A stretch of DNA of 64,000 nucleotides. Source: Somniosus microcephalus (lineage: Eukaryota). Position 1 is the first letter of the stretch, and every line of letters begins with the position of its first letter. Under the pieces are notes generated by a model. That model was given only the letters and a program-made list of their open reading frames with translations. It did not search any database and was not told the origin of the DNA. The stretch is taken from contig CM126205.1 of assembly GCA_052327205.1 (NCBI GenBank), forward strand, positions 254,448,001 to 254,512,000, in the 5' to 3' direction. A program made the position numbers and the translations under genes. Of this stretch, positions 50,845 through 63,339 are shown piece after piece.

Positions 50845-52710
50845 ATGGCCTCAGAAAGGCAGAGCGCTGCTCCTCTTTTCAGTGATGACTCCCTCCATGT
50901 TCTTGTGGAGGGAGTCCGAGCACGCAGGGAGGTTCTCTTCCCTCCCAGTGGGTGGAAGAGACCTCCCCAGGAGACCAAGGCAGCCTGACTGCAAATAGCT
51001 GAGGAGGTAACAGGCAGGTGTGTGGTGATGAGGGCCTGGGTTCAGTGCCGCAAGTGTTTTCATGATCATCTACGATCTGGAAAAGTGAATATAAAGCCAC
51101 ACTTACCTTCATGCTGCCGTGCCTGTTATCACTTCCCCATCGCTCAGCATTCCAAACCCTACTCCTGCACATCGCAACTCGATGCAACATCCCTTGGACC
51201 TTCACACATCCCTCTCTATCTGTCTACATTATTGCATCCCCATCTTACTATGCACCCCTCACTCTCACCCTCATCCTAATGTAATGACACCAACTAGCAA
51301 CAGTAAAGGATGTGACTTGTTACAGCCACCCCACTCCATTATAGTCTCCCTATAAAGATCTAACACATCCATTCCTTACACTCATTCCATCAGTCTCACT
51401 CAACCTTCTCTTTCCCTCCTTGCAGAAGAAGAGAGCCCACAACAAGAGGGAGAGAACAGGAGGTGGCCCTCAATCATTGGCCATTCTGACTCTTGCAGAG
51501 GAAGCTGCCCTGGAGATCATTGGAGCGGTGGACCAGGCGGAAGTGGGGAACAGAGAGAGGGGCTCATCTGAACAACCTGGTGCCAGAATCATTTCCTATA
51601 CACTTATATGTCATTCATCAGTCACTCATATGGGGGCTGCTGTCAACAGGAATTGATTGCCCATATCATATATCTAACTGATGTCTTTACTCTCCCACAG
51701 GTCCACTAAGAGCCCCCCCAATGTCCATGAGGAACTGGGGGAGCACACCTCAGAGGAGGCTCCAGCCACTGAGGGCACAGCGTCACCTGAGACAAGGCAA
51801 GCCAGCGCCAGCACAGATACAACCACCTCGGTGGGTCCGTCGCGTGATAGAGTAGAGTTGTCACTTGGTGTCTCACACATAACACGTGAGCAAGAGCAGA
51901 TGGTGGAGACAGGGTCAGCAGTGGAGGCACCTCATCAGAGGGCGCAGGAGTCTCCTAGCTCTGCTCAGCTGCATACAGACGCTGAGCCTCGGGGGCCATC
52001 AAGGAAGAAGGCGGTCCTGGAGCTGGAGCAACAAGTGCAGGAGGCTCTGACAGGTTTTGCAACCAGGGTGACTGCAAGTGTGCAGAGAATGGAGGAGTCC
52101 ATCTCAAGCATGAGCACCACTGTGGCGCACGCACTCGCGACTGCTGGTTTCTCCATGGATTGGATGGCCACCTGCATGGAGGACCTAATGCACCAGTTGC
52201 ATGAGCACACGGTCTCCCTTCAAAATAGATGGGCATCTATGGAGGATAAATGGGCACCTATGGAGGAGAGAAACCAGAAACTCATAGAGGTCCTTGCTAG
52301 AAGGAATGACAGTATAAACATGGGTCCTCATGGCCCCACTGATGTGCAGGAAGGTGCTCTCCAGCTACTTGCTAACAGAAGTACGGGTGGCCCATGAGAG
52401 GGATGATGGTGGGAGGGTGCATGGAAGTGAGGGCTCCTCTCCAAGTGCTCAATCTTCAACCCCCTTGCCTACCCCTCAGTCAGAGCCCCAGATGCCTCCA
52501 CAGACAGCGATGGCCGAGTCTGTCACTGCACAGTTGCAGGAGGAGCAGACTTTGGCGGGGCCCACACAGGCTCCAAAACCCAGAGGACGACCACCAAAGG
52601 CGTCTAAGCAGATGCAGCAGGGAAGTGAGCAGGCTGCCTCTACCTCTGCTGAAGCCACAGGGGTTGCACCACATAGAAGCACTCGGAAAAGAAAGATGAC
52701 ACACAAGTAA
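50845..52710 (+). pseudogene. Harbinger Myb/SANT DNA-binding protein, three exons, with stops
   Basis: MASERQSAAPLFSDDSLHVLVEGVRARREVLF...RAWVQCRKCFHDHLR; exon 2 KKRAHNKRERTGGGP; acceptors near 51425 and 51700. Confidence 0.82.
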
Positions 52711-53068
52711 AGTCACAAGGGTAGTCACTTGGGCGCTTCTTTCAATGTTAATGACAAGTTTCTGTTCATTTTATTTTGTGGAATAAATCTTTAATTCGTT
52801 CAAATGTGTGTTGACACTTGGAAGTGGCAGAGTGGATGGTCAGGGATACTTTAATCTCTATTAATGGTGGTGAGATTGATAAGGTAGGACTGGTCACTGT
52901 AGGGATGTTAATGGTGTTGATGTCGGCTGATGCCAATGTGCCAATGCGTGTGGCAGCCACATGTCTGTGTAGCGTGAAACTTAGCTAAATCTGGCTATGA
53001 TGGGGTGATTCCTGGCCTCACAGGCAGCAATGTGTTCGTGTACTGGCGGCATTGGTACCGCCGGTTCA

Positions 53069-55361
53069 TCAAGTTTCCTCATAGTTGTCCTCAAACTCAT
53101 CCTCCTCTGAAGAGGCTGTGCGCTCTGCGCGTTCTTCCTCATGCAGCGCTAAGCCTCGCTGCTGCGCTATGTTGTGCAGTGCGCAGCAGACAACAATGAT
53201 TCTGGAGACCCTGGTTGGTGCGTACTGCAGGGCTCCTCCAGATCTGTCCAGGCATCTGAAGCACATCTTAAGCAACCCAGTCGTCTGCTCTATGACACTT
53301 CTGGTGGAGATCAGGCTTTGATTATAATGTTCCTCAGCCTCGTTTGTTTTCCTCCTCAAAGGTGTATTGAGCCACGTCTTTAATGGATAGCCCTTGTCTC
53401 CAAGCAGCCAGCCGGAAAGACTGTTTGGAGCTAGGAAGAGCTGAGGAATGGTGGGAGTGGCGCAGGATGTAGGAGTCATGGCAGCTCCCAGGGAACTTGG
53501 CGCACACATGGAGAATGATCTTCCTATGGTTGCAGACCAGCTGCACATTGAGGGAGTGGAAGCCCTTGCCGTTGATAAACACTGCTGGGTTATGATGGGG
53601 TGCCCTGATGGCCACATGTGTGCAGTCGATTATGCCCTGCACCCGTGGGAATCCAGACAGAGTCGCAAAGACAACCGCGAGCTCAGCAGCACTGGTTTCA
53701 TCAGCTGCAAAGTTTATATAATTTGCTGACTTGTCACATAGGGCATCGGTCACCTGCATAATGCATCTGTGTGCAGCCGACTGCCAGATGCCACAAATGT
53801 CTGCTGCAGATGCTTGGAAGGCGCCTGAGGCAAAGAAGTTGAGGGCAAGGGTGACTTTCACAGCTACTGGTAAGGGGTGTCCACCCGCTCCTCTGGGCTG
53901 CAGCTCTTGCTCCAGCAATCTGCAAATATCCGCCACGTCCTGGCGTGATAGCCTAAACCTCGGTTGGCACTGCTGCTCAGTCATTTTTTTTTAAAGAAAT
54001 TTTATGGGATGTGTGTGTCGCTGGCAAGGCCAGCATTTATTGCCCATTCCTAATTTTTTTTAAATTTTTTTATTCGTTGATGGGATGAGGGCATCGCTGG
54101 CTGGCTAGGCCTGCATTTAGTGCCCATCCCTAATTGCCCTTGAGAAGATGGTGGTGAGCCGCCTTCTTGAACCGCTGCAGTCTGTGTGGTGAAGGTAATC
54201 CTACAGTGCTGTTAGGGAGGGAGTTCCAGGATTTTGGCCCAGCGACAGTGAAGGAACGGCGATACAGGTCCAAGTCAGGATGGTGTGTGGCCTGGAGGGG
54301 AACTTGTAGGTGGTGATGTTCCCATGCGTCTGCTGCCCTTGTCCTTCAAAGTGGTAGAGGTCGCGAGTTTGGAAGGTGCTGTTGAAGGAGCTTTGGTGCG
54401 TTGCTGCAGTGCATCTTGTAGATGGTACACACTGCAGCCACAGTGCGCCGGTGGTGGAGGGAGTGAATGTTGAAGGTGGTGGATGGGGTGTCAATCAAGC
54501 GGGCTGCTTTGTCCTGGATGGTGTCGAGCTTCTTGAGTGTTGTTGGAGCTGCACTCATCCAAGTAAGTGGAGAGTATTCCATCACACTCCTTACTTGTGC
54601 CTTGTAGATGGTGGAAAGGCTTTGGGGAGTCAGGGGGTGAGACACTCGCTGCAGAATACCTAGCCTCTGACCTGCTCTTGTTGCCACAGTATTTATATGG
54701 CTGGTCCAGTTCAGTTTCTGGTTAATGGTGACCCCCAGGATGTTGATGCTGGGGGATTCGGCGATGGTAATACCGTTGAATGTCAAGGGGAGGTGGTTAG
54801 GCTCTCGCTTGTTGGAGATAGTCATTGCCTGGCACTTCTGTGGCGCGAATGTTACCTTCCACTTATCAGCCAAAGCCTGAACGTCGTCCAGGCCTTGTTG
54901 CATGCGGGCATGGACTGCTTCATTATCTGAGGAGTTGTGAATGGCGCTGAACACTGTGCAGTCATCCCCATTTCTGACCTTATGTTGGAGGGAAGGTCAT
55001 TGATGAAGCAGCTGAAGATGGTTGGGCCTAGGACACTGCCCTGAGGAACTCCTGCAGCGATGTCCTGGGGCTATGATGATTGACCTTCAACCACCACAAC
55101 CATCTTCCTTTGTGCTAGATATGACTCCAGCCAGTTGAGGAAACTCATCCTCTGCCTGTAAACCCTGTGCTGGGGGTAGCGCCTCTGGCGAAGTCCAGCC
55201 CTGCGCTGATGCCCTCTGCCCTGTGCAGCATCAGGTGGTTGAGGCGAAAGTTGGCGCTCTTGCTGTTGTTGTGGCTGCTGGGGTGCCTGGTTCTGCTGGT
55301 GTTGGGGCTCTTCGTGGTCAGATTCTGAGGACCAAGGTGAGAGAGTGTAAACCATACCCAT
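53069..55361 (-). pseudogene. HARBI1-type DDE nuclease, split by a LINE and frameshifted near 53450
   Basis: RVYRQRMSFLN | [54 protein letters not shown]. Confidence 0.92.
53985..55135 (-). mobile_element. Non-LTR retrotransposon 3' fragment with doubled tail, inserted in the nuclease ORF
   Basis: Near-identical to 6340-7390; the tail motif occurs twice (~54005-54052 and ~54080-54135). Confidence 0.92.
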
Positions 55362-56397
55362 TCTGATGTAATAGACGGCAGGTGACAGAGAGATGACAGA
55401 AGCAAACCTGTGAATGCTGAGAGAGGTTGTTCCAATGAGGTGGAACTGGATAGAGAGTTGGCTCCAAACGCTTGCAAGCAGCACAAGGCTGTATTTGTCT
55501 TCCAAATGCAGTAACCAACAGTTTCTGAGCTCTGAAAGTGAGCAGCTGCAACATGGTAACCTTCATAGAACTTCTGCAGCTGTCAGGTAATCAGATAATG
55601 CAATGCAAACTCAACTCACGACATGGTGAGCTGACATGTTCCCCAAGCAGTGGGTAACCTGTGGGGAGCACGTAAAATTGAAATGTAGCCTTAAAATAGC
55701 AATCAATTGGATGCTAACAACCCAGTTGATTTGAATTGTCTCCCCCGCCGCTTGGTGTCGGGTCTGTTTTGCACCGACTGACCCGACACCTGGGAGACTC
55801 GCGTGGAGGCAGGTTGACGGCGGGTTCCCTACCCACTGTCAATCTTTGCCATTTTGACACCTGACCCGCTCTCTGAGCGCCGGCAAGATCACGGCCACTG
55901 TATCTGGGAAATTGGCATTCCCCAGGTGCAACTAAAAGGAAAATCACTCCTTTTATATTTATTTTTGTGTACTGTATTGATGTGGTACATATGTAGCACT
56001 CCTCACTCCCGTGAGGTAGCTTAGCCAACATTCAAGTCTAATCACATTGTTTGGATTGTTGTTGAAGTCATAGTATGTTGCAGGATTAAATATTTTCATT
56101 GTATACAGCAAGATTGGTATGTTGTGGTAATCCTTTTATTCAATAAGCATCTCTTGGCAGTTGAGGAACAGTGGTGCTGTTCTGCAGTGTCACCTGCTGG
56201 CCTGAGGGGTGCACTTTTTGTTAAGTGTCTCCTTTATTTAAATTTTGCAGTTGTCATTTCAGAGCAGAAACAGGATATAGTACTCATGATCAAAGCAAAA
56301 TTTTTGTTCATGCAGATCTTCTGCAGATACATTAAATTATATCCTGTAATGTATGATCTGATGCAGCTTTCTTGGAAACACATTAGAAAAAGAAAGT

Positions 56398-56743
56398 AAT
56401 CACAGAAACCCCACAGTGCAGATAGAGGCCATTTCAGCCCATCGAGCCTGCACCGACACATATCCCACCCGATCCCCGTAACCCCTACACCAACACATAT
56501 CCCACCCTATCCCCGTAACCCCACGTATTTAATCCCCCTAACACTAAGGGTCAATTTATCATAGCCAATCAACCTAAACCGCACATCTTTGGACTGTGGG
56601 AGGAAACCGGAGCACCCGGAGGAAACCCACGCAAACACGGGGAGAATGTGCAAACTCCACACAGACAGTCGCCCGAGGCCGGATTCGAACCCGGGTCCCT
56701 GGCGCTGTGAGGCAACAGTGCTAACCACTATGCCACCGTGCTG
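56398..56743 (-). mobile_element. tRNA-derived V-SINE (HE1-like), second copy
   Basis: Nearly identical to 32619-32967. Confidence 0.9.
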
Positions 56744-57766
56744 ATGTGCCAATGTGATAGAAGAGTTAAAATAGATAAGCTTTTATGATCACAAAGCCCT
56801 CTTAACACACAGCCCACTTTAGGTGTGAAAAGAAAGGTGTGCTATTAAGTTTAAATAGCAGTTAATTCTCATTTTAACCCTGTAATATTGGGAAAGCAAG
56901 CAACCCCATAAAACTGGATGGTCCTAGCTCACTGCAGCCTTGTTTTGATGCCAAAGGTGATGAATTCCCTAGCTCTCCTCTAAAGTCACTTGATGAATAT
57001 CTGCCTGTGCTGCAGCCTAGCTGATGTTACAGAAATCCCCATGGCTGCCTGAATGAGCCTGTCCCATAAAATGTGAGTGCTCTTGTAGTCAAAGAGAGAG
57101 CAGTGTGGGCAAACAGCTGCAGGTCCTCATGCAGTAGATGGCAGAGCTGCACTATTACCTCTGTGGTGGCACACTCTCCTCAGTACGGGCCTCAACTGAC
57201 CCATGCTGTCTATATATTGTGTAATATCTGCAGGGCTACATCCTCCTTGAATGCTGCCTGACTCTTCTGTGCTCCATTCTGTGCTGCTGTTTGTCCTCCT
57301 CCAGGATATTGACAGATGAGGGTATACTCAAAAGGAATGCCATACCTGCTGCAGAGAAGCCTCCATTGAAAGTGGGGGTGAAAATCTTCTCGTGGCCTCA
57401 CACTGTCAGAAGCAGTCAGAGCAAGTCCAGGTCTGTGTAGGCAAATTGGCAAAAGAAAGTCCCTACAAAAAGTAATTCCCAGGTGCAGAAAGTGCAACTG
57501 AAACTCTCCATCATCTTCAAGCACAGGCACTCCTCACGTCTGCCTGTCTCATTTGAGCCTGGCAACAGCTATGTCTTATAATTCTCAGTTTAACATACCC
57601 CAAGTATTTTGTGATTGCAGATGCAGGAAACCTGGAACTGCAATAGCACTGGCCCCCATTATCATTTATGTGAATGAGCTCACTCTAGGCTCAGTGGGCA
57701 AATCACAGGAAGAGCCAAAGAGTGCGTGGCAATTTGGGGGAATCGATGATGGGATGAAAAACTGGT

Positions 57767-59605
57767 AGAACATAAGAAATAGAAGCAGGAGTAGGCCATA
57801 CTGCGCCTCGAGCCTGCTCTGCCATTCAATAAAATCATTGCTGAATTTCTACATCAACTCTGCTTTCCGCCCTATCCCCATATCTCTTGATTCCCTTAGT
57901 ACCCAGAAATCTATTGATCTCAGTCTTGAATATACTCAGTGACTGAGCATCCACAGCCTTCTGGGGTAGAGAATTCCAAAATGAAGACATTTCTCCTCAT
58001 CTCAGTCCTAAATGGCTGACCCCTTATCCTTAGACTATGACCCCTAGTTCTAGACTCTCCAGCCAGGGGAAACAGCCTCTCAGCATCTAACCTGTCAAGC
58101 CCTCTAAGAATTTTATAAGTTTCAATGAGATCACCTCTCATTCTTCTAAACTCCAGAGAATTTAGGCTTATTCTACTCAATATTTCCCCATGAGACAACC
58201 CTCTCATCCCAGGAATCAATCTAGTAGAAATGGCTTCTGCCTATTTTGCTGCCAGAAAGGTGGCTTGCCGCAATTATATGCTGAAATTATGCTAAAATCA
58301 GCGTGCCAATTCTCCCCCATGGTCATTTTGATCTTGACCACAATGGCTTTCAAACTTTTTTATGTGGCGAATTGTGAGACACATTCCTGTACACGCCATG
58401 TCTTAACTTCTGAAAGACCATGCCAACTACCCAATGAAAAAATGTGTTATTGCAGAGAGCATTTGTATTAGAATATATAACCTCTACCTATCTATTATAT
58501 TTAATATTATATATTAAAAATGATACCTCCAGCATCACACATTGTTGAATGGCTCAAAATAAAACAGCAGCAAATCAGAACTGGGAAGGCAGGGAATACA
58601 CATAAAAAAGTGAGCAATGTGGCTAGAAAACTGTCAGTGAAAATCTACTAAAGACTTATGAAAACAGCCAAACAATTATCAGTCACAAGACCAAGTTGAT
58701 AAGTAAAAGGAGAAGGCAAACCAGTGAAAAATCACTAAAAACAAGACTTGAAAATAATTTGGTTGATAATTTTTTTTCAATGTACAGGAAACTTTGGTTT
58801 ATCCGGAGGTTGTATGTCTGGAAACCTCGATCTAACGGCAGAAATCAGCAGCTGTTTTGTTAGGTTTTTTTTCTTTTTTTTTCTTCTCCTAGCATTTTTT
58901 TAAACAGTCTGTCTCTGGAAAGCATCTCTGAAGCTGTTGCTAAGCTACAGAGATGCTTCCAAGGTACAGGCCGACTGTTTACAAGCTGTTGCTAAGCAAC
59001 AGTGTTTGTTGTCAGATACGGAGATGAAAACCTCTGTATCCTTCAACATTAGCGCTGGTCTGTCCGGAAGTTTTCATAGATCGGCATCACGCCGGTCCCG
59101 TCGGTGCCGGATATCGCGAAGTTTCCTGTATGCATATATGTCCTTTCTCAGATAAGGAGACCAAAACTGTGCACAGTACTCCAGGTGTGGTCTCACCAAA
59201 GCCCTGTACAATTGCAGTAAGACTTCCTTACTCTTGTACTCCAACCCACTTGCAATAAAGGCCAACGTGCCATTTCCCTTCCTAATTGCTTGCTGTACCT
59301 GCATGCTAACTTTCTGTGTTTCCTGTACGAGGACACCTAAATCTCTCTGAACACCAACATTTAATAGTTTCTCACCATTTAAAAAATATTCTGTTTTTCT
59401 ATTCTTCCAACCAAAATGAATAACCTCACATTTCCCCACATTATACTCCATTTGCCATCTTATTGCCCACTCACTTAACCTGCCTATATCCCTTTGCAGG
59501 CTCTTTATGACCTCCTCACATCTTACTTTCCCATCTAGCTTTGTATCGTCAGTAAACATGGATACATTGTACTCGGTCCCTTCATCTGTCATTAATATAG
59601 ATTGT
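57767..59605 (-). mobile_element. CR1 pieces (57767-58225 and 59131-59605)
   Basis: LEFRRMRGDLIETYKIL; LYRALVRPHLEYCAQFWSPYLRKD. Confidence 0.88.
58785..59128. mobile_element. Tc1/mariner (pogo/Tigger-like) MITE, second copy
   Basis: TA-CAGGAAACTT...AAGTTTCCTG-TA; homologous to 30755-31087. Confidence 0.85.
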
Positions 59606-59629
59606 TGGTATTAGTTGATCAAATATTAT

Positions 59630-61175
59630 GAGGATGAAATTTCTTGAGCCCCACTCCAGTGCTGGAAGTGCAGTTGGGTGGGATTTCCAGTCGCAAGAAT
59701 GGCCGGATCCTTGGGGCAGGACCATTAACATAAAAGGTATGCATCATTTACACCACTTCTTGGGCGACCACTCCACAAGCAGGAGGGCCAGAAATTCAGA
59801 GTGGCATCAAAACATTTCAAGTTGCTGTCCATTTTAAACTTGCTGCTTTCTGGAGGAATTAATAAAATGACACTGTGGGCTCCACTTAAGTGGACTTCAG
59901 TCATGTACACCTGCATCCTGAAGATGTGCTTTCTATGGAGAAGAGATCTATTGAGATTTCTGGTGGGGGACACCATCCTGCCATTCCCACCTCTTTCAAT
60001 GATGTCAGAGCAGAGGAGGGAGGGGTCAGCTCGAGTGACGATGCCTCTTCTCCTTCGCACTCTTCCTCTGCTATGTGGGGGCAGGCTGGGCTGCTGGCTG
60101 TTCTTGGGTATCTGAAAGGAGAAATGCGCAAGGGTCAGGTTGTGGTGAGGAGCGGGCGGAAAGCAAGATGTGTATGCTTACAGCATCAGCAGCTTGTAAG
60201 TGAGAAGAGATTATGCCATAAGGGGGGAAATGGGATGTGAGAAGAAGGATTAGGTATGAGCATACCATCATCAGCAATGCTTTTAACCTCGCCGCTCATC
60301 AAGGCCTCAGTGATGGCCCCTACAGTTATCTCCAGCACCATCTCCTCCAGCACAGTGAGGTTCTGAAGACGTGCTTCCCCGTCGCCTGTCTGCTGCTGCT
60401 CATGTCTGTTATGCGCCACCTTGGCCTGCAAGAGAAAGGGAAGTGTGTCAGTGAGTGTGGTGCAATGTGTTTTTGCGTGATGTGCCTGTCATGGTTAAAT
60501 AGCTGGCAATGTGTGCAAGTTGTGAGATGTGTGTGTGAGGCTTGCAACAGTGGTAATTGTTTGAGGGTGAGGTGAAGCTTTGATTGTGAGGTATGAGTCG
60601 TGATTGTTGGTAGGTGAGTGGTGTGGTGCATTGAGCAGTGTGTGAGGCTAGTGGTGCAGTTGATGGGATATGGTATTTGAAGATGCATCCACTTACCTTG
60701 ACCACTCGTATGACATCATTAGACTTGATGTGGAAACTTCTTGTGGCACTGGATCCATGTCCTGGGGGCAATACACGTAGCACTGACAGCTTCTGCTATC
60801 TCCTCCCACTGCCTTCTGGTGTGCTGCCTGGAAGGACTCCAGCCCCTCTGTGGGTACAGGACCTGTCTTCTTCTGTGCACCCCTAGGACCAAGGCCTCTG
60901 GTGCTGCATCTGAGAATCTCCTTGCCCTTTCTCTTCCCTGTTGAGCCATGGCTGCATACAGAGTGGTAATGAGTTGCTTCTGCAATAAAGCACCTCCCCT
61001 TTAAGAAGTGCAGAGAGCCTAGGCAACATTTTATTTGTCAGTAGCCCTCCTCTTGAGCGCTAAGCCAACCAACAGCGCGTTTAGCGCTGAGCTCAGCGGT
61101 CCAATCGTAAACGAGCAGGCAGCACAAATTTTGCATGCTGCCTGCACCACTTTGAAAAGGCGCGGGCAGATCGTG
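59630..61175 (-). mobile_element. PIF/Harbinger derivative with Myb/SANT exons 1-2 and truncated exon 3
   Basis: RARRFSDAAPEALV..WEEIAEAVSATCIAPRTWIQCHKKF; homologous to 19250-20230. Confidence 0.8.
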
Positions 61176-61439
61176 CTTTCTTTGAGTACCGTCAGTAATG
61201 TTTTTAATTGAAGGCCTCAGCCACTCTCAAAAGCCTCGTCTTAGACTTGATGTGGAAAGTTTTCCTCTTATTGCATTTGGGTGCAAAGGATTGCTTGGGC
61301 ACAATAGAAGAAAATCAGGTAGGGAAAACCGCATGCCTGTAATGGACCCCACCGATTTTCCATCCAATCTCCATTTTACATTCAGAATTTAGAAACCAAA
61401 CACTTTACATGAGATTTACTTATAAGCTGCAGTGGGTGA

Positions 61440-62715
61440 ATGGAACACTACTTGCTGTTGAATGGAATGCCATATTCCCTTTAATTCTGTATGCCTACAT
61501 TTTATCAACAATGGTCTAATGCCACACTATCAAACACACTTAAAAAATAATATACGTAAAATCCACTGTGTTTCTTTTATCAAAACACTACTTAATTGCC
61601 GAAAGAACTCAATTACATTTGTCAAACACAACTTGCCTTTTAAAAATCCATGCTGGCTGTCCTTAATTAACCATGCCTTTCTAGGTCAGCGTTAATTTTG
61701 TCCTGTATTATGGCCACTGGAAGCTTACCAACTACTAGTCTTAGCCTGACTCTTCTATAGTTACTTGATTTATTCCTTTCCTCCTTTTTGAATACTTAAC
61801 AATCCTCCAGTCATCTGGCACAATTTCCATAGCTAAGAATGGTTAACAGATTTTGGTCAGAGCCTCTGCCATTTTATTTCCTATTTGACTTCTCTTAGCA
61901 TTGTAGGATGCATGACATGAGTACCCAGTGCCTTTTCTACCTTAAGCTATACCTTTCTTTATGCTAGTTCCTTATCTACAGTTAGAAACATAGAAAAGTA
62001 GAAAAATAGGAGCAGGAGTAGGCCATTCGGCCCTTTGAGCCTGCTCTGCCATTCAATATGATCATGGCTGATCCTCTATCTCAATACCATATGCCCCCTC
62101 TCTCCCCATACCCCTTGATGCCTATCCTATCTAATTGCTTCAGCTCCTCCTTCTGTACCCTTTCATTGCCACTACAGCACTCTTCTGTGAAAACAGCCAG
62201 TTCCTTCATCCTGTATAAGATTTTCCTTTTCATCTCTAACCGGCCCTAACCTTTTACTTTTTATAGGTTTCTAAAATTCTTTACCATTTCCCCTTGTTAC
62301 CTGCCAGTCTTATTTCAACCCCTCACATAGCCTCTCTCTATATATTTTTTTGCTTTCCTCTGTATTTTCTATATTCTGCTTGGTTGCCTTTTTTGTATTA
62401 TTTCTATATTTATCATATACCTATTTTTAAAGTCTCATTTGAATTTTAGTTTCTCAACTCATCCAAGTAACTCCAAGTTTAACTGCACCACCTTATCTTT
62501 TCTTGTAGGATAAGTCTAGTTTGTCCCTAAACATGTCCTTTTTAAACATTCCCATTGTTTTCAATTCTACTATTCTATTCCCACAATCTAGAGAGCCAGT
62601 GGAATTGGAGGACACAGCTCAGAAATTACAGAACGAGCTGGGCAAAATATGTAAGTAGGCAGAACAATGTCCGGTGAACTTTAATGCAGACAAATGTAAA
62701 GTACTGCACATTGAT
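61440..62715. mobile_element. Old CR1 debris plus a younger CR1 tail (61985-62130)
   Basis: gtcaaacacaacttgccttttaaaaatccatgctgg; ataggagcaggagtaggccattcggccc. Confidence 0.55.
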
Positions 62716-63339
62716 ATCTTAAAAAATGACCAATCTGACCATCCACCATCCTTCAGTTCTATGTGTCACTGAATCACTCATTTACCTATCTCGAATGAGA
62801 AATCCCCCCTCCCCTCCTCACACCTTCCCATGGCAGATACACTGTATACAGCCAAAATCCCTGCTGTGCCATTCTAACAGTTTAGTTGCAAGTGTTTCTA
62901 AAATGTACTAATGGACCCCATTGTCTGGGAGTTCATCACTTGGGGGCCAAATTTAACTTAATAGCAAGATCGTAATGTAAATTAACCCAAAATCCCTCCT
63001 AAGGCAAATAGGCAATAATCTCAAAATGTGCCTGTTGATAACATCCCTATTGTTATAAAACAGGGTATCCTGCAAGTGACCGTAAACAATGCCATGGGAG
63101 ATCTGCTAAATCTTCAGTTTTGATTTGCTGCTTTTATATTTTGAGCCGATCAACAAAGTGTGATGGTCAAAATATGTCAGCAGCAATGTGACAGTTAAAG
63201 AAAATCCTGATAGAAAATATTAATGGATTTTTTAACAGAAAGTACGCAATGAAGCACACCTATCTATCTATCTTATCTGTCTGTCATTCCATCTGTCTGT
63301 CTGTCGGTCTGTATTGTATAAACTCGAAAGTTATAGAGC

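Larger units (their letters stand above)
50599..55896. mobile_element. Near-complete two-gene PIF/Harbinger transposon, inactivated
   Basis: TIR GGCCGCGATCTTGCC / GGCAAGATCACGGCC, 3-bp TSD ACT; convergent Myb/SANT and DDE nuclease genes. Confidence 0.92.

Noticed and set aside
53069-53984. Domesticated host HARBI1 gene
   Set aside because: Frameshifted, LINE-interrupted and enclosed by TIRs with a TSD; it is a transposon copy.
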